From: a bacterium
GTDB taxonomy: Bacteria; UBA8248
NCBI GenBank assembly: GCA_965204535.1
Contig: OZ241996.1
Span: 320,001-384,000 of the forward strand
Length of the DNA stretch: 64,000 bases
Direction: 5' to 3'
The notes below the pieces were generated by a model. The model saw only the letters and a list, made by a program, of their open reading frames with translations, ran no database searches and was not told where the DNA came from. The number at the start of each line of letters is the position of its first letter. Position 1 is the first letter of the stretch. Shown here piece after piece: positions 22,545 through 32,091 of the stretch. Made by a program: the position numbers and the translations under genes.

Positions 22545-23648
22545 TTATACGGCGGCCCTCGCCATCTTTTCGGCGCGGACGGGGATGCCGACGGCGCCGT
22601 GCCCGGCCGCATCTCCTGCCGTGAACGCTCCGCCCGATATGGCGTGGCGCCACTCGGCGTATGGCTCCTCATCGAGCAGATGGGCGAGTTCGTGCGCCCT
22701 GTCGTAAGTCTCCAAAGACAGGGCGAGGGCGAACCCCGCCGATTTGGCGATGTAGGATTCATAGGGCGAACTGAGCAGGGCGGGCTTGCCGGCGGCGTCG
22801 AACACCCGCGCCACCTCCCAGGCGTTTCGGGGGCCGCCGAATTTCGCGATCTTGATGAGGCCGATGTCGACGGCATTCGCATCGACGAGGCGGCGCGCGT
22901 CGTCGATGGAGAACAGCGATTCATCCAGGGCCACCTGCATCCCCCGGGCGCGAATTTCGCGGAACACGTCGAGGCATTTCTTCTCCGCCGGGAGCACAGG
23001 CTGTTCGAAGTGTTCCAGGTCGATCTCGATCATCTTGTCCGTGAAGCGCAGGGCTTCCTCGGGCGAGTAGCCGCCGTTCGCATCCGTCCTGAGTTTTATA
23101 TCGGGGCCGAACCGCTCGCGCAGCCTCACGATGCGCTCGGCGTCCGCCTCCATATCGACGCCCGATTTCACCTTGAGGGTCGTGACGCCCTGCGCCACAA
23201 GCGGTTCGGCCTTCCTGACGGCTTCATCGGGTGGGAGGAGGCCGATGGGGGCGTCGAGCGTGACGGAGGCTCTCTTGTGCCCGCCGAAGACTTGAGAGAA
23301 GGGTGCCCCGTCGGTTTTAGCGGACAGATCGACGGCGGCGATTTCGAGCGCCGTGCGCGCGGCGCCCATGCCCCCAAAGTCCGCCACCTCATCGAGCGCG
23401 GCGAGGAGTTCATCCGCCTCTTTGCCGCGTATCCGGGGAGCGGCTTCGCGCAGGGTCGCCGCCATGTCCGAGCCCGTTTCTTTGGTAAAATACATCAAAG
23501 GCGCCGCCTCGCCCCAGCCCTCTACGCCCGCATCGTCCGTCAAGCGGACCACGACCCGCTCCAGCGTCGACGCGCCCCCGTAGCGGTTCCTCGATCCCTG
23601 ATTGACTTCCACGGCGGTATCCCAGATCGTTACTTCCTGAATCGGCAT
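22545..23648 (-). CDS. Enolase superfamily, muconate-lactonizing/mandelate racemase type
   Basis: GWGEA, KVK, DANG, EQP, DES, K motifs; start MPIQEV after AAAGGAG RBS. Confidence 0.9.
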   Translation of the reverse strand: MPIQEVTIWDTAVEVNQGSRNRYGGASTLERVVVRLTDDAGVEGWGEAAPLMYFTKETGSDMAATLREAAPRIRGKEADELLAALDEVADFGGMGAARTALEIAAVDLSAKTDGAPFSQVFGGHKRASVTLDAPIGLLPPDEAVRKAEPLVAQGVTTLKVKSGVDMEADAERIVRLRERFGPDIKLRTDANGGYSPEEALRFTDKMIEIDLEHFEQPVLPAEKKCLDVFREIRARGMQVALDESLFSIDDARRLVDANAVDIGLIKIAKFGGPRNAWEVARVFDAAGKPALLSSPYESYIAKSAGFALALSLETYDRAHELAHLLDEEPYAEWRHAISGGAFTAGDAAGHGAVGIPVRAEKMARAAV

Positions 23649-23701
23649 GAAATCTACTCCTTTATGGGAGAATGGAATTCTCATTCGACATAGGTTTATG
23701 A

Positions 23702-23970
23702 AATCACTCCCCCCTTGAGGGGATTGTTGAAAAAATCATCCTTGGTCGTAATGACGGCCAAAACCCGAACCCGGGCGGAGGCACAGGCTCTCGCCTTGAA
23801 AACCAACCCCCCCTACCCCCCCTTGTCAGGGGGGCAAAAAAAGCAAAAGCCCTCTATCGGCGGTAGGTGTCGCCTTTTCATACCCCCCTGACAAGGGGGG
23901 GTAGGGGGGGTTGCCTTTATCCCCTGACAAGGGGAGCTTTTTCAAAGATCCCCCCTCAAGGGGAGTGATT
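23702..23970. repeat. Composite inverted-repeat element
   Basis: AATCACTCCCCCCTTGAGGGGATTGTTGAAAAA ... TTTTTCAAAGATCCCCCCTCAAGGGGAGTGATT enclosing inverted CCCCCCTACCCCCCCTTGTCAGGGGGG repeats (23805-23834/23883-23912). Confidence 0.85.
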
Positions 23971-24018
23971 CGACCTTTCTTTCCCCGGCTTCCGCCTGTT
24001 CGTCTCCTCCGGCCATAT

Positions 24019-24540
24019 TCACTCGGGCGCATATATCCGGATGTCGGGCAGGGTGCGGTAGGCCTCGTCGCAGTCCAGCCCGTAGCCGACGACGAAATGA
24101 TTCTCGATGGTGAAGCCCACGTGGTCCGCGTGGATATCGACTTCTCTCCTCTCCAGCTTGTCCATCAACACGCACGTTCTCAAGGAGGCCGGGCGCTTAT
24201 CTCTCAGAATATCAATGGTTTTCGAGAACGTATGTCCCGTATCGAGAATGTCGTCGATGAGCAGCACGTTCCGCCCCTCGACCTCGCCCAGGTGTCTGGC
24301 GTCGATTTCCACCCGGCCCTTGCTGCGCGTGCCCGCGCCGTAGCTCGATGCCGAGAGGAAGCCGAGCGTGGTGTTGCGCCCGAGGGCGCGGGCGAGGTCG
24401 ACGCCGAAGACGATCGCGCCTTTCAGGATCATGACGACGTGAACCGGCCCGGCGGGCAGCGCCTCGTTGATCTCGTCAGCGAGTTCGGGGAGGCGGCTCT
24501 CGATCTGCGCCTGCGATATCAGAATTTCCTCGGCAGGCAT
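24019..24540 (-). CDS. hpt: Hypoxanthine phosphoribosyltransferase
   Basis: ILKGA, SSYG, VLLIDDILDTGHT PRPP loop, FVVGYGLD..E.YR.LP. Confidence 0.93.
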   Translation of the reverse strand: MPAEEILISQAQIESRLPELADEINEALPAGPVHVVMILKGAIVFGVDLARALGRNTTLGFLSASSYGAGTRSKGRVEIDARHLGEVEGRNVLLIDDILDTGHTFSKTIDILRDKRPASLRTCVLMDKLERREVDIHADHVGFTIENHFVVGYGLDCDEAYRTLPDIRIYAPE

Positions 24541-24543
24541 CGT

Positions 24544-25686
24544 CTACTCGAGTACGGCCAGCAGAAGGCGCTTCAGGTCCTCCTGGGTCGAGGGGACCGG
24601 GTTCGTGTTGACCTGGTGGCTCTCCGCCGCGTCCTTGGCGAGGACGTCGAGGTCCTCGTTCACGACGTCCGCCTCTCTCAGGCTGCCCGGAATGCCGATG
24701 TCCGTGTTGAGTTCGCGGATGGCGTCTATCGCCGCCTCGGCCGCCTGCGGGGCGCCGGCTTTCAGGAGCGGCGCCATGCGCGCGTAGGCCTCCCGCATGG
24801 CGGGGAGGTTGAACTCCATGACGGGCGGCAAAAAGATGCCGTTCGCCGTGCCGTGGTGCAGCCCGTGGTAGGCGCCCAGCGGATGCGCGAGCGAGTGCAC
24901 GATGCCGAGGCCCGTGTTGGTGAACGCGCGTCCCGCGAGCATGGCGGCCAGCGAGATGGCGTCGGCGGCCTCGGGGTCTGCGGGGTCGTCCACGTAGGCC
25001 CTGCCGTGCGCCCCGATTCGCGCGATGGACTCGAACGCCAGCGCCTCCGTCCAGGGGTTGGAGGCGGGCGAGCCGACCGATTCGATGGCGTGGGTGAGGG
25101 CGTCCATCATTGCGCCCGCCGCGATGTGCGAGGGGAGTTTCGCCAGCAGGGCGGAGTCGACGACCGCGAGTTTTGCGAACAGCGAGTCGTCGGCGAGCAC
25201 CGCTTTGATCATGAACTTCGTGTCCGTGACGATGGAGCTCATGGTGACCTCGCTGCCCGTGCCCGCCGTCGTGGGAACGGTGATGAGCGGCGGGCCGGGT
25301 TTCGTGGCCTTGCCGCGCCCGTAGTAGTCGCTCGGCGCGCCGCCGTTCGCGGTGATGGCCAGCGTCGCCTTGGCGGTGTCCATCGTGCTGCCGCCGCCTG
25401 CGGCGATGAAGCCGTCGCAGCCGTGCTCGCCAAAGAAATCGCGGGCCGCGAGGATGCTCGTGTCGGAGGGATTCGCCTCGGCCTGATCGTAGAACACATA
25501 TTCGAGCGAGGCGTCTTCGAGTCCTTTCAGGACCGAATCGAGCGCCCCGCTCGACGCCAGCCCCGGGTCTGTGACGAACATCGGCTTCGCCATTCCCAGG
25601 CCCTTCGCTTCCTCTCCTATCTGGGCGGCCTCTCCGCGGCCGAAGCGGACGCGCGGGCCGGATGCAATCTGGAACGCTTTCACCAT
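24544..25686 (-). CDS. Iron-containing alcohol dehydrogenase
   Basis: GGGSTMD.AK, PTTAGTGSEVT, DALTHAIE, HSLAH.LG....HHG. Confidence 0.95.
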   Translation of the reverse strand: MVKAFQIASGPRVRFGRGEAAQIGEEAKGLGMAKPMFVTDPGLASSGALDSVLKGLEDASLEYVFYDQAEANPSDTSILAARDFFGEHGCDGFIAAGGGSTMDTAKATLAITANGGAPSDYYGRGKATKPGPPLITVPTTAGTGSEVTMSSIVTDTKFMIKAVLADDSLFAKLAVVDSALLAKLPSHIAAGAMMDALTHAIESVGSPASNPWTEALAFESIARIGAHGRAYVDDPADPEAADAISLAAMLAGRAFTNTGLGIVHSLAHPLGAYHGLHHGTANGIFLPPVMEFNLPAMREAYARMAPLLKAGAPQAAEAAIDAIRELNTDIGIPGSLREADVVNEDLDVLAKDAAESHQVNTNPVPSTQEDLKRLLLAVLE

Positions 25687-25716
25687 GAATACACTCCTTC
25701 GCTGCTCTGATGAGGT

Positions 25717-26337
25717 TTAAGGGAATTTACGAAGCATGCGTTCGTAATCTTCTTCCGTGTCGATGTCGAGAAACATATCATCATTGGGGAGTTCGAGAAA
25801 AACGATTTTGCCGGGAGATTCCGTTTCCAGTCTCTGGATGATCCCCCTGCCGCCCGCATCTCCGCTCGCTTGCAGCAATTCGTCTCTTAGGGAGGCGGAG
25901 AACAGTGTGGGATTTCCGCGCCTGCCTTGGAATACCGGCGCCGCGACCAGTGCTTCGGGCCGGGATTCCTCATGCAGGGAAATCAGGTCGTTCACGATTC
26001 CGAACGTCAGGAGGGGCTGATCGCCCAGGACGAACAGATATGCCCCGGCCTCCTCATGCGCCGCCTCGACCCCTGCGATCATGCTCGTGCTCTGCCCACA
26101 GGCGTAGCGGGGGTTGTGCGTGAGGCGCACGTCGAGACCCTCCACGGCCTGTATTACTTCTGCTTCCTCGTAGCCCGTGACGAGGATGACCTCGGAAACC
26201 GCGCTTTCGAGCACCGCCTTCGCCGTCTTGCGGAGGACGGTTTCATCCCCCAGGGGCAGGAGGAGCTTGTTCCGCCCCAGGCGCTTGGATAAGCCTGCGG
26301 CGAGCAGGATCGCAGAGATGCGGCGCGCGTCCGCCAC
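25717..26337 (-). CDS. MocA/MobA-like nucleotidyltransferase
   Basis: LLAAG.SKR.G.NKLLL, LGDQP, GNP.LF, GDAGGR, DIDT.EDY; GTG 26337 has a GGAG RBS. Confidence 0.9.
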   Translation of the reverse strand: MADARRISAILLAAGLSKRLGRNKLLLPLGDETVLRKTAKAVLESAVSEVILVTGYEEAEVIQAVEGLDVRLTHNPRYACGQSTSMIAGVEAAHEEAGAYLFVLGDQPLLTFGIVNDLISLHEESRPEALVAAPVFQGRRGNPTLFSASLRDELLQASGDAGGRGIIQRLETESPGKIVFLELPNDDMFLDIDTEEDYERMLRKFP

Positions 26338-26432
26338 CTGTGTTCTCCGATAGTGAAGAAAGGACTCAAGTCTGGTCGGCATGGTAAGGAGGCGGGCTTC
26401 CCGGTGTCAATTCTCCGACGGGCGCGCCGCCT

Positions 26433-26790
26433 GAGAGATTGTTGAAAAAGCCGGTTTGCGGCCCCTATGGAGATTGCTCGCTACCGAGGAGAATTGCAAA
26501 ATCACCCCCCCTTGAGGGAGAGTCGGTGAGGTGAGGGGGTTTTTACCCGAAACCGAACCGGTGGGGGGAGTTTTTTCTGTGGCATGTCCCCCCACCGATT
26601 CAGCCTTCGCAAAAAACGCTCGGCTTCATCGTCTGGCTTTCCCCTCGGGAAGCCAGACCCTCAAGGGGGGAGTGAAATCCCCTCCTTCCCCGGTCGGAAT
26701 TGACGCCGGAATGACGGACATGCGCCCTTCGATACGCGGCTTCGCCGCTACTCAGGGTGAAGGGTGTTGGGGGCGGCTACTCAGGGTGAG
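26433..26790. repeat. Composite REP/REPIN cluster
   Basis: TTGTTGAAAAA end; REPIN copy 26504-26673; degenerate GCCGGAATGAC arm; CCCTTCGATACGCGGCTTCGCCGCTACTCAGGGTGA (26725-26760). Confidence 0.88.
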
Positions 26791-27033
26791 GTCGATACAT
26801 CGAAGCGCGTCATCGGGGTTATCAGCAACCTCCCCGGCCCTTTCCGTTGACAACCCCTCACCCCGTCTCTAATATCGGAAGCGCTCAAAACCCACGACAT
26901 ATCCCACAAGAAACCCGGATGCGGGCAAGTCGTATCGCCGGTTTTGGCCTGATTCAAAAGATGTGTTTCATGCAGCGAATCGCAAGGATTCGGATATTTC
27001 ACCTATAGCGGAACACCCCGAAGGAGAATCACC

Positions 27034-27747
27034 ATGGCGTACAAGAATCACGAAATCATCGATCTCTCGCAAGACATCTACCAGGGCCAGCCGGTGTTCG
27101 TGGGACACCCCGAGACCTGGCGCTGGACGAACATGACGCACGAGGAAAGCGCCGCCAGCGGGCGTTTCCAGAGCGAGATGAGCTACTATTCGGGCATCAT
27201 CCAGTTCTGCGAGCACGGTCCCACGCACGTGGATTCCATCAGCCATCTCGACCCCTCGCCCGACGCCCCCCACATCGACGAGATGAACTTCGATTCCTTC
27301 TACAGCCGGGGCATCGCGATTGATTTCGAGAACGTGGAGGACAACAGCTACATCGACGCGGACGACGTGAAGCGCAGGCTCGATCACTACAATTACGAGA
27401 TAAAGCCGGGCGACACCCTTCTCTATACCTACGGGCACTTCAAGCGCCACCACCCGACGCCGCTGTACACGACGGCCTACGCGGGCTGGACGCGCGAGGC
27501 GGCCGAGTACGTCTACGGCGAGTGCGGGGCCATCAACGTGGGCACCGACGCTCCCAGCATGGACATGGCGACCAGCCCCGGATACCCCTGCCACCTCGTT
27601 TGCCGCGAGCTGGGCCGCACCAATACGGAGAACCTGTGCAACATCGAGTTGGTGGTGGGCAAGGAGTTTCTCTACATCGGGCTTCCGCTCAAGATCACGG
27701 GCGGGTCGGGCTCGCCGATTCGGGCGATCGCCGTGCTGAACGCCTGA
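27034..27747 (+). CDS. Cyclase / kynurenine-formamidase-like metallohydrolase
   Basis: IIDLS, H.PTHVD..SH, GTD.PS.D, ENL, LPLKI.GG.GSP.RA.A. Confidence 0.92.
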   Translation: MAYKNHEIIDLSQDIYQGQPVFVGHPETWRWTNMTHEESAASGRFQSEMSYYSGIIQFCEHGPTHVDSISHLDPSPDAPHIDEMNFDSFYSRGIAIDFENVEDNSYIDADDVKRRLDHYNYEIKPGDTLLYTYGHFKRHHPTPLYTTAYAGWTREAAEYVYGECGAINVGTDAPSMDMATSPGYPCHLVCRELGRTNTENLCNIELVVGKEFLYIGLPLKITGGSGSPIRAIAVLNA

Positions 27748-27768
27748 TTCGGTTCACGCGAGGCGAAC

Positions 27769-28803
27769 ATGAAAGCCCTGGTGAAACGGGCGAAAGGGCC
27801 CGGCGAGATGGCGCTTCTGGACGTTGCGGAGCCCCGCGTGGGACCCGGGCAGGTGAAGGTGAAAATCGCCCACGCCGGCATCTGCGGCACGGACGTGCAC
27901 ATCGCCTCGGGCGAGTTTTTCCACTACTTCCCGCCCCTGGTGCTGGGGCACGAGTTCTCGGGCGAAGTGGTGGAAACGGGCGCAAGCGTCGAGGGGATTC
28001 CCCTGGGCGCGCGGGTGACGGCCGAACCCACGAAGTCGACATGCCGCGTCTGCCCGCACTGCATATCGGGCCGCTACAACCGCTGCGAGCAGCGAGACAT
28101 CGCGGGCGTGGTGAGCGACGGCGCCTTCACCGACTACGTGGTCACGCGGGCCGAGTCGATCCACCGCCTGCCCGACAGCGTGAGTCTCAAGGCGGCAGCA
28201 CTCTCAGAACCCCTCGCGGTTTGCGTTCACGGGGTGTGCGAGCAATGCAGCGTGCGCGAGGGCGACTTCGTCCTCATCATGGGTCCGGGCGCCATCGGCC
28301 TGGGGTGCGCCCAGGTGGCAATCGCACACGGCGCGCGGGTGATGGTGGCCGGCGCCGGCAAGGACGCGCACAGGCTGGCGCTCGCCCGTTCGCTGGGTGC
28401 TGAGTGGACGGTGAACGTAGAGAAAGAAAACGTCCTGGAGCGCGCTCTGGCGGTCACGAACGGCTGGGGGGTCGATCTGGCGGTCGAGGCGGCGGGTGCT
28501 GCCGGCGCGATGGAGGTTTGCGTCGAGGCGGTGAGAAAGGGAGGAGAAATCCTCCAGGTGGGCCTGCCCGGCGCGCCGGTTCCCGTCGATATGGACCGGC
28601 TGGCGTTCAAGGAGATCCGCCTTATCGGCACGTTCGGGCAGAAGCGCTCCGCCTGGCTGCTGGCGCTTGAGTTGCTGGAGGCGGGCAGGGTCGACGCCGA
28701 AGCGATGGTATCCGACATGCTCCCGCTCGATGACTGGGAGCGGGGCTTCGACATCATGGCGCGCGGGGCCGGGCTGAAGGTGCTCCTGACGCCGAAAGGA
28801 TAG
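27769..28803 (+). CDS. Zn-dependent MDR dehydrogenase (sorbitol/threonine dehydrogenase-like)
   Basis: GICGTD, GHE, CxxCxxC-x7-C, GPGAIG. Confidence 0.93.
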   Translation: MKALVKRAKGPGEMALLDVAEPRVGPGQVKVKIAHAGICGTDVHIASGEFFHYFPPLVLGHEFSGEVVETGASVEGIPLGARVTAEPTKSTCRVCPHCISGRYNRCEQRDIAGVVSDGAFTDYVVTRAESIHRLPDSVSLKAAALSEPLAVCVHGVCEQCSVREGDFVLIMGPGAIGLGCAQVAIAHGARVMVAGAGKDAHRLALARSLGAEWTVNVEKENVLERALAVTNGWGVDLAVEAAGAAGAMEVCVEAVRKGGEILQVGLPGAPVPVDMDRLAFKEIRLIGTFGQKRSAWLLALELLEAGRVDAEAMVSDMLPLDDWERGFDIMARGAGLKVLLTPKG

Positions 28804-29166
28804 GGGGTTGTTGAGAAGGTTCTGATTTCGTGATTCGGCGTATGAAACCATCAAGGTAGGAGGGTCCGTAGGGACAGGTCGCGACCTGTCCCTACAAGAG
28901 GCGGTGCGGTTTTGTTCGTCATTCCGGCGAAAGCCGGAATCCATTTTTTGCTTTTGTTTTTTATTTTCTGATTGCTTCCCGCCAATAACGGGGGAGATGA
29001 AAGGCCGGAGCATTGCCATTCTGTTCGAAAATGGATTCCGGCTTTCGCCGGAATGACGGCAATATCGGCATTACAGGGGTTTTTCATCGGCTCCCTCAAA
29101 AGGGGAGTGGACTTCAAAAGCGTGCGCTCAACCAAAATCGCTTTACGGGGCTTTTTCAACAGCCCC
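28803..29166. mobile_element. MITE-like element with IS-type ends carrying REP cargo
   Basis: GGGGTTGTTGAGAAG ... CTTTTTCAACAGCCCC ends; perfect 28-bp palindrome GTAGGGACAGGTCGCGACCTGTCCCTAC (28868-28895); ATTCC doublet 28918-28943/29032-29057. Confidence 0.8.
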
Positions 29167-29268
29167 GATTGACGAGGAACGGAGAACGACTGCGCTTTAC
29201 ACCGGAAAAGGCGAACTCAAGGAAAGATGAGATATATTCGGACGAATCCAGGGTTTTCAATATAGAGG

Positions 29269-29781
29269 ATGGCACACATGAGCATCGACGGAAAAGAATT
29301 CAGAACCGCCCTCGGCAGGTTCGCCACGGGCGTCACGGTCGTCACCGCGAAAACGCTGACCGAAGCCCGGGGCATGACGGCGAACGCGTTTTCCTCCCTC
29401 TCGCTCGACCCGCCGCTCGTCCTGGTGTGTTACGACAACAAGGCGTCGAGCCTGAAGATGGTGCAGGAGGCGAAGAAGTTCGCCATCAATTTCCTGGCCG
29501 AGGAGCAGAAGAACACCTCCGACTGGTTCGCGGGCAAGGGCCGGGACGCGGAGGATCAGTTCGCCGACATTCCGCATGAAATCGGCGAGAACGGCTCGCC
29601 CGTGCTCACGGGGAACGTGGGCGTTCTGGAGTGCGACCTGCACGAGGAGCTTCCGGGCGGAGACCACACCATCGTCGTGGGGCGGGTGACCCGCGTCGTG
29701 CTCGAAGAAGAGGTGCGCGCCCCGCTTCTTTTCTACGGAAGCGCCTACCGGAAGATGGACATGGACGGTTCCTACGACTGA
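29269..29781 (+). CDS. Flavin reductase (HpaC/RutF-like)
   Basis: FR.ALGRFATGVTVVT, GMTANAFSSLSLDPPLVL, GGDHTI. Confidence 0.95.
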   Translation: MAHMSIDGKEFRTALGRFATGVTVVTAKTLTEARGMTANAFSSLSLDPPLVLVCYDNKASSLKMVQEAKKFAINFLAEEQKNTSDWFAGKGRDAEDQFADIPHEIGENGSPVLTGNVGVLECDLHEELPGGDHTIVVGRVTRVVLEEEVRAPLLFYGSAYRKMDMDGSYD

Positions 29782-29817
29782 TCCCCGAAACCGGCTCGAT
29801 TTCCACAAGGAGTTCCC

Positions 29818-30579
29818 TTGGCATCGTATCAAGCGGTTGCGTTCGACCTGTTCGACACGCTCGTCGATTTCGACATCAAGCTGTTCCCGGTGGTGGAGAT
29901 AGACGGCAAGGAGGAGAAGACCACCTCGAAAGCGGCTTATGACGCGCTCTACGAGGGCGGTTTCCTCGTGCCGAATTATCCGGCCTTCCACCAGCTCTGG
30001 CTCCAGAACTCGAAAGAGGTGTGGGGCGAGCGCAACAACGACCCCGAGCTTAAAGAAGTTCGCTCAATCGTCCGATTCCGGCGCTTGATGGAGCTTCTGG
30101 TGGCGATTCCCGCACAAGACAGGGAACGCGCCGCCAAGACGGCCCTGAACGCCCACATGTACGGCATCGAGAATTCCGTCGTGTTCGACACGGACCGGCT
30201 CGACGTGCTGGGGAAAATTAAAGACGCCGGCCTCCCGATAGCGCTCTTGAGCAATTTCGACCATTCGCCCACCGCGCGGCGGATTATCGATAAGATGGGG
30301 GTTACGCCGTATCTCGACTCCATCCTGATCTCGGAGGATGAGGGTTTCAGGAAGCCTGCGTCGTCGCTGTTCCTCAAGGTGGCCGAAGAACTGGGCGTAT
30401 CGCCGGGAGAAGTGCTCTTCGTGGGCGATACGTTCGATGCCGACGTTACGGGGCCGCAGAGCGTGGGCATGCCGTGCGCCTGGCTCAACAGAAAGGGCGC
30501 GCCCGTGCCTGAGGGTTGCGAACCGCCTGATTTCGAGATTCAGAATTTAGAGGATACGCTTTCGATTCTGGGGTTGTAG
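29818..30579 (+). CDS. HAD-superfamily hydrolase
   Basis: FDLFDTL, LSN, RKP, FVGD...DV motifs I-IV. Confidence 0.93.
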   Translation: MASYQAVAFDLFDTLVDFDIKLFPVVEIDGKEEKTTSKAAYDALYEGGFLVPNYPAFHQLWLQNSKEVWGERNNDPELKEVRSIVRFRRLMELLVAIPAQDRERAAKTALNAHMYGIENSVVFDTDRLDVLGKIKDAGLPIALLSNFDHSPTARRIIDKMGVTPYLDSILISEDEGFRKPASSLFLKVAEELGVSPGEVLFVGDTFDADVTGPQSVGMPCAWLNRKGAPVPEGCEPPDFEIQNLEDTLSILGL

Positions 30580-30867
30580 GGACAGGCCCCTGTGCCTGTC
30601 CTTGGAAGCGCAACCACGGAGATGGACATATTCGATACGGGCGGCCACGGGGGGCCGCCCCTACGGTGAATGCAGTTTGTTCGTCATTCCGGCGCATGCC
30701 GGAATCCAGGCGGACGGACGTGGAAGAAAAACGGAAATGTGGCAAACCGGTTCAGGTGGCAGGATTCTCTCGACTCAGAATTCTCCCATCGGCTCTGGAT
30801 TCCGGCATGCGCCGGAATGACGGCGGTGGTGAATTTCGAGCGAGGAGCGGCTTTTTCAACCGCCCCC
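30576..30867. repeat. Composite REP cluster (GTAG-type REPIN + ATTCC doublet + IS-like end)
   Basis: GTAGGGACAGG...GCCCCTAC, GTCATTCCGGCGCATGCCGGAATCC pair, CTTTTTCAAC; paralogous to 47540-47870. Confidence 0.85.
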
Positions 30868-30897
30868 TCCAGGCCCGATAGATAAGAGGATATCCGC

Positions 30898-31620
30898 TTG
30901 TCGGTTCTGGCGCTTCAGCATGTGGACGTGGAAAGGCTCTCGCTGCTCGAAGAGGTGCTCGCGCAGAAGGGGGTTCCCGCGCGCTACCTGGCCCTCCAGG
31001 AGGGCGAGCCTCTCCCGCGCTCTTTGGGTGATCTGGAGGATGTAAGCGCGATTGTCGTCCTGGGCGGGCCGATGGGCGTCTACGAGGCGGAAAAATACCC
31101 CTGGCTGGCGGATGAACTCCGTTTTCTCCGTGAAGCGCTTCACGCGGGATTCCCCGTCTACGGTCTTTGCTTGGGCGCGCAGTTGATGGCGGCGGCGCTG
31201 GGCGCCCGCGTGTATCCGGGGGAGGGGAAAAAAGAAATCGGCTGGTTTCCGGTGGATCTGACGCCGGAGGCGAAAGGGGATCCGCTCCTGAGCGATGAGG
31301 CGGCTTCTTTCCCCGTCTTCCAGTGGCACGGCGATACGTTCGACATTCCCGGTGGCGCGGTGCGTCTCGCGTCTTCGGCGCGGTATCCCAATCAGGCGTT
31401 CCGGTGGGGCGCGCGCGCCTACGCCTTCCAGTTTCACCTCGAAATCGGGATGGAGGACATATCCACCTGGCTGGATGCGTTCGAGGGCGATATGAAATCC
31501 CCGCGCTCGGACGCGGACCCCGAGGCGATATTGGGCGAAGCGCCGTTGCACATGGAGACGTTGAACCGGCGGGCCGCGCGCTGGTTCGGGCGCTGGCTCG
31601 ATCTCTCGGGGCTTGTTTAG
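30898..31620 (+). CDS. Type 1 glutamine amidotransferase
   Basis: LGGPM, GLCLGAQ nucleophile, QWHGDTF, FQFHLE. Confidence 0.93.
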   Translation: MSVLALQHVDVERLSLLEEVLAQKGVPARYLALQEGEPLPRSLGDLEDVSAIVVLGGPMGVYEAEKYPWLADELRFLREALHAGFPVYGLCLGAQLMAAALGARVYPGEGKKEIGWFPVDLTPEAKGDPLLSDEAASFPVFQWHGDTFDIPGGAVRLASSARYPNQAFRWGARAYAFQFHLEIGMEDISTWLDAFEGDMKSPRSDADPEAILGEAPLHMETLNRRAARWFGRWLDLSGLV

Positions 31621-31639
31621 TCGCCTTGATACCCCTTTG

Positions 31640-31975
31640 TAGGTTGTTGAAAACCCCGGTGTATGTCACCTGCGGCGATGTCTCTCCACCGAGGAGAATT
31701 TCAAATCAACTCCCCCCTTGAGGGGGAGTCGAAGAACTGAGGGCGTAAGCCCGACAGCGATTCGGTGGGGGGATAATTCGGAATGGCGATAAAACGCATT
31801 TTACCCCCCACCACATCGGCCTTCGCACAAACCGCTCGGCCTCTGTCGGGCTTTCCCCTCGGGAAGCCCGACCCCCTCAAGGGGGGAGTGGTTCCTTCTC
31901 TCTCGTCAGTTGCCTAAATTCCCAAAATCACGAAATCGGGACTTTTTCAACAACCCCCTCAAGGGGGGAGTGATT
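31640..31975. mobile_element. MITE-like element with IS-type ends carrying a REPIN
   Basis: GGTTGTTGAAAA ... TTTTTCAACAACCCC ends enclosing REPIN 31709-31889, followed by a further CCTCAAGGGGGGAGTGATT arm. Confidence 0.8.
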
Positions 31976-32091
31976 TATTTCCTTTCGGACTTTTTCAACA
32001 TCCCGCCCTTGTCGGCGGGGGAGCGCTCCCCTAATATGCGGCGTCCCACTGCGGCCTTCATTTTCTGATCATCGACATAGAGGAACCTTTC

